The position numbers and the translations under genes were made by a program. A DNA stretch of 64,000 bases from Geosiphon pyriformis uo1 (taxonomy: Eukaryota > Fungi > Glomeromycota): positions 393,099 through 457,098 of the forward strand of contig JAAOMT010000599.1 in NCBI GenBank assembly GCA_016748015.1, written 5' to 3'. The number at the start of each line of letters is the position of its first letter. Position 1 is the stretch's first letter. This document shows, one piece after another, positions 61,569 through 64,000 of the stretch. Below the pieces are notes generated by a model. That model saw only the letters and a program-made list of their open reading frames with translations. It ran no database searches and had not been told where the DNA came from.

Positions 61569-64000
61569 TGTTACCAGTAGAATTTTAGCTATTAATTAGC
61601 ATGAAATTTCCTTTATAATTCCTATCATTAATTAGCATATATTATTATCGTTTCGAATTTCACTTATTATTTAATCAAATTAGCAATTATCATCATTTAA
61701 TCAATAACCCGATTTGGACCATAGAAATTGAGATGATCAATTTACACAATACCCTGAACCATATAACATAGCAAAAATTCGCCGAAATTAATGGAAATTG
61801 GCCGAAATAATTCATAGTTCGCCGAAATGTATCTTTAGTTCACCGAAATTCTAGAAAAGAGAAAAAGTGCAAGTTCAAAGACTAGTACTACAACAAGTTG
61901 TATAAAAGAAGAGCTTCTCTCTTCAAGAAAATGTATCTTCTCATATCTTACCATAGTATCTTACTTTAGGTATCTTAATTAGAACAAATCACTTTTTACA
62001 TATCTCAAATAAAAATTAAATATTCGAAAACCAAATCCTTTGATTATTACACTTGAAATTCTCTCAACACAACTAACATTTTGAAATTGATTAGCTACCA
62101 ATTTCAGTAATCTGTTAGTCACTCCAGGCCTGGATNNNNNNNNNNNNNNNNNNNNNNNNNNNNNNNNNNNNNNNNNNNNNNNNNNNNNNNNNNNNNNNNN
62201 NNNNNNNNNNNNNNNNNNNNNNNNNNNNNNNNNNNNNNNNNNNNNNNNNNNNNNNNNNNNNNNNNNNNNNNNNNNNNNNNNNNNNNNNNNNNNNNNNNNN
62301 NNNNNNNNNNNNNNNNNNNNNNNNNNNNNNNNNNNNNNNNNNNNNNNNNNNNNNNNNNNNNNNNNNNNNNNNNNNNNNNNNNNNNNNNNNNNNNNNNNNN
62401 NNNNNNNNNNNNNNNNNNNNNNNNNNNNNNNNNNNNNNNNNNNNNNNNNNNNNNNNNNNNNNNNNNNNNNNNNNNNNNNNNNNNNNNNNNNNNNNNNNNN
62501 NNNNNNNNNNNNNNNNNNNNNNNNNNNNNNNNNNNNNNNNNNNNNNNNNNNNNNNNNNNNNNNNNNNNNNNNNNNNNNNNNNNNNNNNNNNNNNNNNNNN
62601 NNNNNNNNNNNNNNNNNNNNNNNNNNNNNNNNNNNNNNNNNNNNNNNNNNNNNNNNNNNNNNNNNNNNNNNNNNNNNNNNNNNNNNNNNNNNNNNNNNNN
62701 NNNNNNNNNNNNNNNNNNNNNNNNNNNNNNNNNNNNNNNNNNNNNNNNNNNNNNNNNNNNNNNNNNNNNNNNNNNNNNNNNNNNNNNNNNNNNNNNNNNN
62801 NNNNNNNNNNNNNNNNTCAATCTCCACCACCACCAGCTTATTATTCACCAAGACCACAGTACCAGAACAACCATTATCAACCCGCTCCCCAACTAATGCA
62901 ACAGCCATACCAACAACCTCCACCAATTGCACAATATCAACAACCACCTCCGGTTCAACAATACCAAGTACCTGCTAGGAGAATCACTCAACAAAATCAA
63001 TTCACACCACAAAATCATTTTCAAAACAACAACAACAGAACTAGCTCCAACAATCAATTGGTACCCAGAAATCCGATTCAACAGAGACATAATCATTACC
63101 AAACACAACCAAGTTACTTAACAATGCCAGAGGAACAGAATTTTCAACAAACTGCACTTTTTGAAGGTGAAGTTGCAGCACCAAGACAAAACTCTTCTAC
63201 CAACAACCAAACAATCCCACCAGCAAAGATTGCCGAAAACGCCAACCTTTCAGATATATTCCCATTTGAATTTGAAGCAAATGAATCACCATTCTTGCTT
63301 AGCAATGCAGCTGTCAATGAACAAAAAGCAATTACAGCTATGTATACGGAGGCTGAAGTAGAAGGAAAACAAATCCGCTTAATCTTAGACAGTGGATCCG
63401 CCAGAAGCATCATCACTTACCAACTGATGCAACAGCTCCACCGGAATGTGGATAGACCTGCCCAAACAGTTATTGTCACTGCTGATGGTATGAAAAAGAC
63501 CCCAGTAGGAGAAATTGACAATTTCCCTTTCACAATTGATGGAATCACTATTCCAGTCAAAGTTCTGGTCATGGATGCACCTCAATATTAAGCTCTTGTT
63601 GGAAACGATTGGCTTCTCAAAGCCAATGCAAATCTAGATTGAGAGACCCAGGAACTCAAAATTTCATACCAGGGACAATACACCAGAGTACCTGCTACTT
63701 GTGGTACTTTCAACAAATGCTCAGAAAAAGCCCCAGTATTCGAATTTGAAAAGGAAGAAGAAAAACCAACTATTAAAACTTACATGGCTCTTGGATCAAC
63801 ATCCAATTGGGCTGATGAAATGGAACAACAATTCGTCAATAACCCAGAACCACAAGCAACTTGGTTGGAAACACCAGAACAAGAAACAGAACCAATTTCC
63901 AACGGATGGGAAATACAATCGTATTCAAAACAAAAACCCACCAAAAGAAGAGCTCACATCCCACTCAAATGTAAGGATTGCAACAAAAAGCTTTCATCCA
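61569..64000 (+). mobile_element. Gypsy family B copy B2 inserted in A3 gag: LTR start, gap, gag C-terminus and protease
   Basis: 61569-62135 aligns to the reverse complement of about 44710-45308; 62817-64000 (ILDSGSARS, PLKCKDC) aligns to B1 50750-51850. Confidence 0.8.
62136..62816. other. Assembly gap
   Basis: N run. Confidence 1.

Overview
This is eukaryotic, very AT-rich, repeat-dominated DNA, most likely from an early-diverging fungus of the Glomeromycotina type (an inference from composition, intron style and gene content). Only two intact host genes are present, both on the - strand in a CpG-retaining island at about 31.8-36.6 kb: an intronless PPR protein and a 3-exon NDUFAF7/MidA-family SAM methyltransferase. 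The rest is nested, decayed transposons: several RNase H-bearing LINEs, a pogo-like DNA transposon relic, and at least three LTR families (A, B, C), all with TGTTA...TAACA-type termini and 4-bp TSDs where checkable. The main finding is an unusual Ty3/Gypsy architecture shared by the diverged families A and B: a Met-free, apparently GUG-started extension - Gag - PR - multi-CxxC domain - dUTPase - RT - RNase H as one frame, then integrase as a separate ATG-started ORF, then a soluble ~210-aa ORF of unknown function with its own TATA-like box just before the PPT. All repeats show near-exclusive C>T/G>A decay in CpG and non-CpG contexts, and parts of the AT deserts can be back-read as hypermutated TEs (RIP-like). 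There are two assembly gaps (53760-54318, 62136-62816). All alignments were done by eye; no database searches were run.
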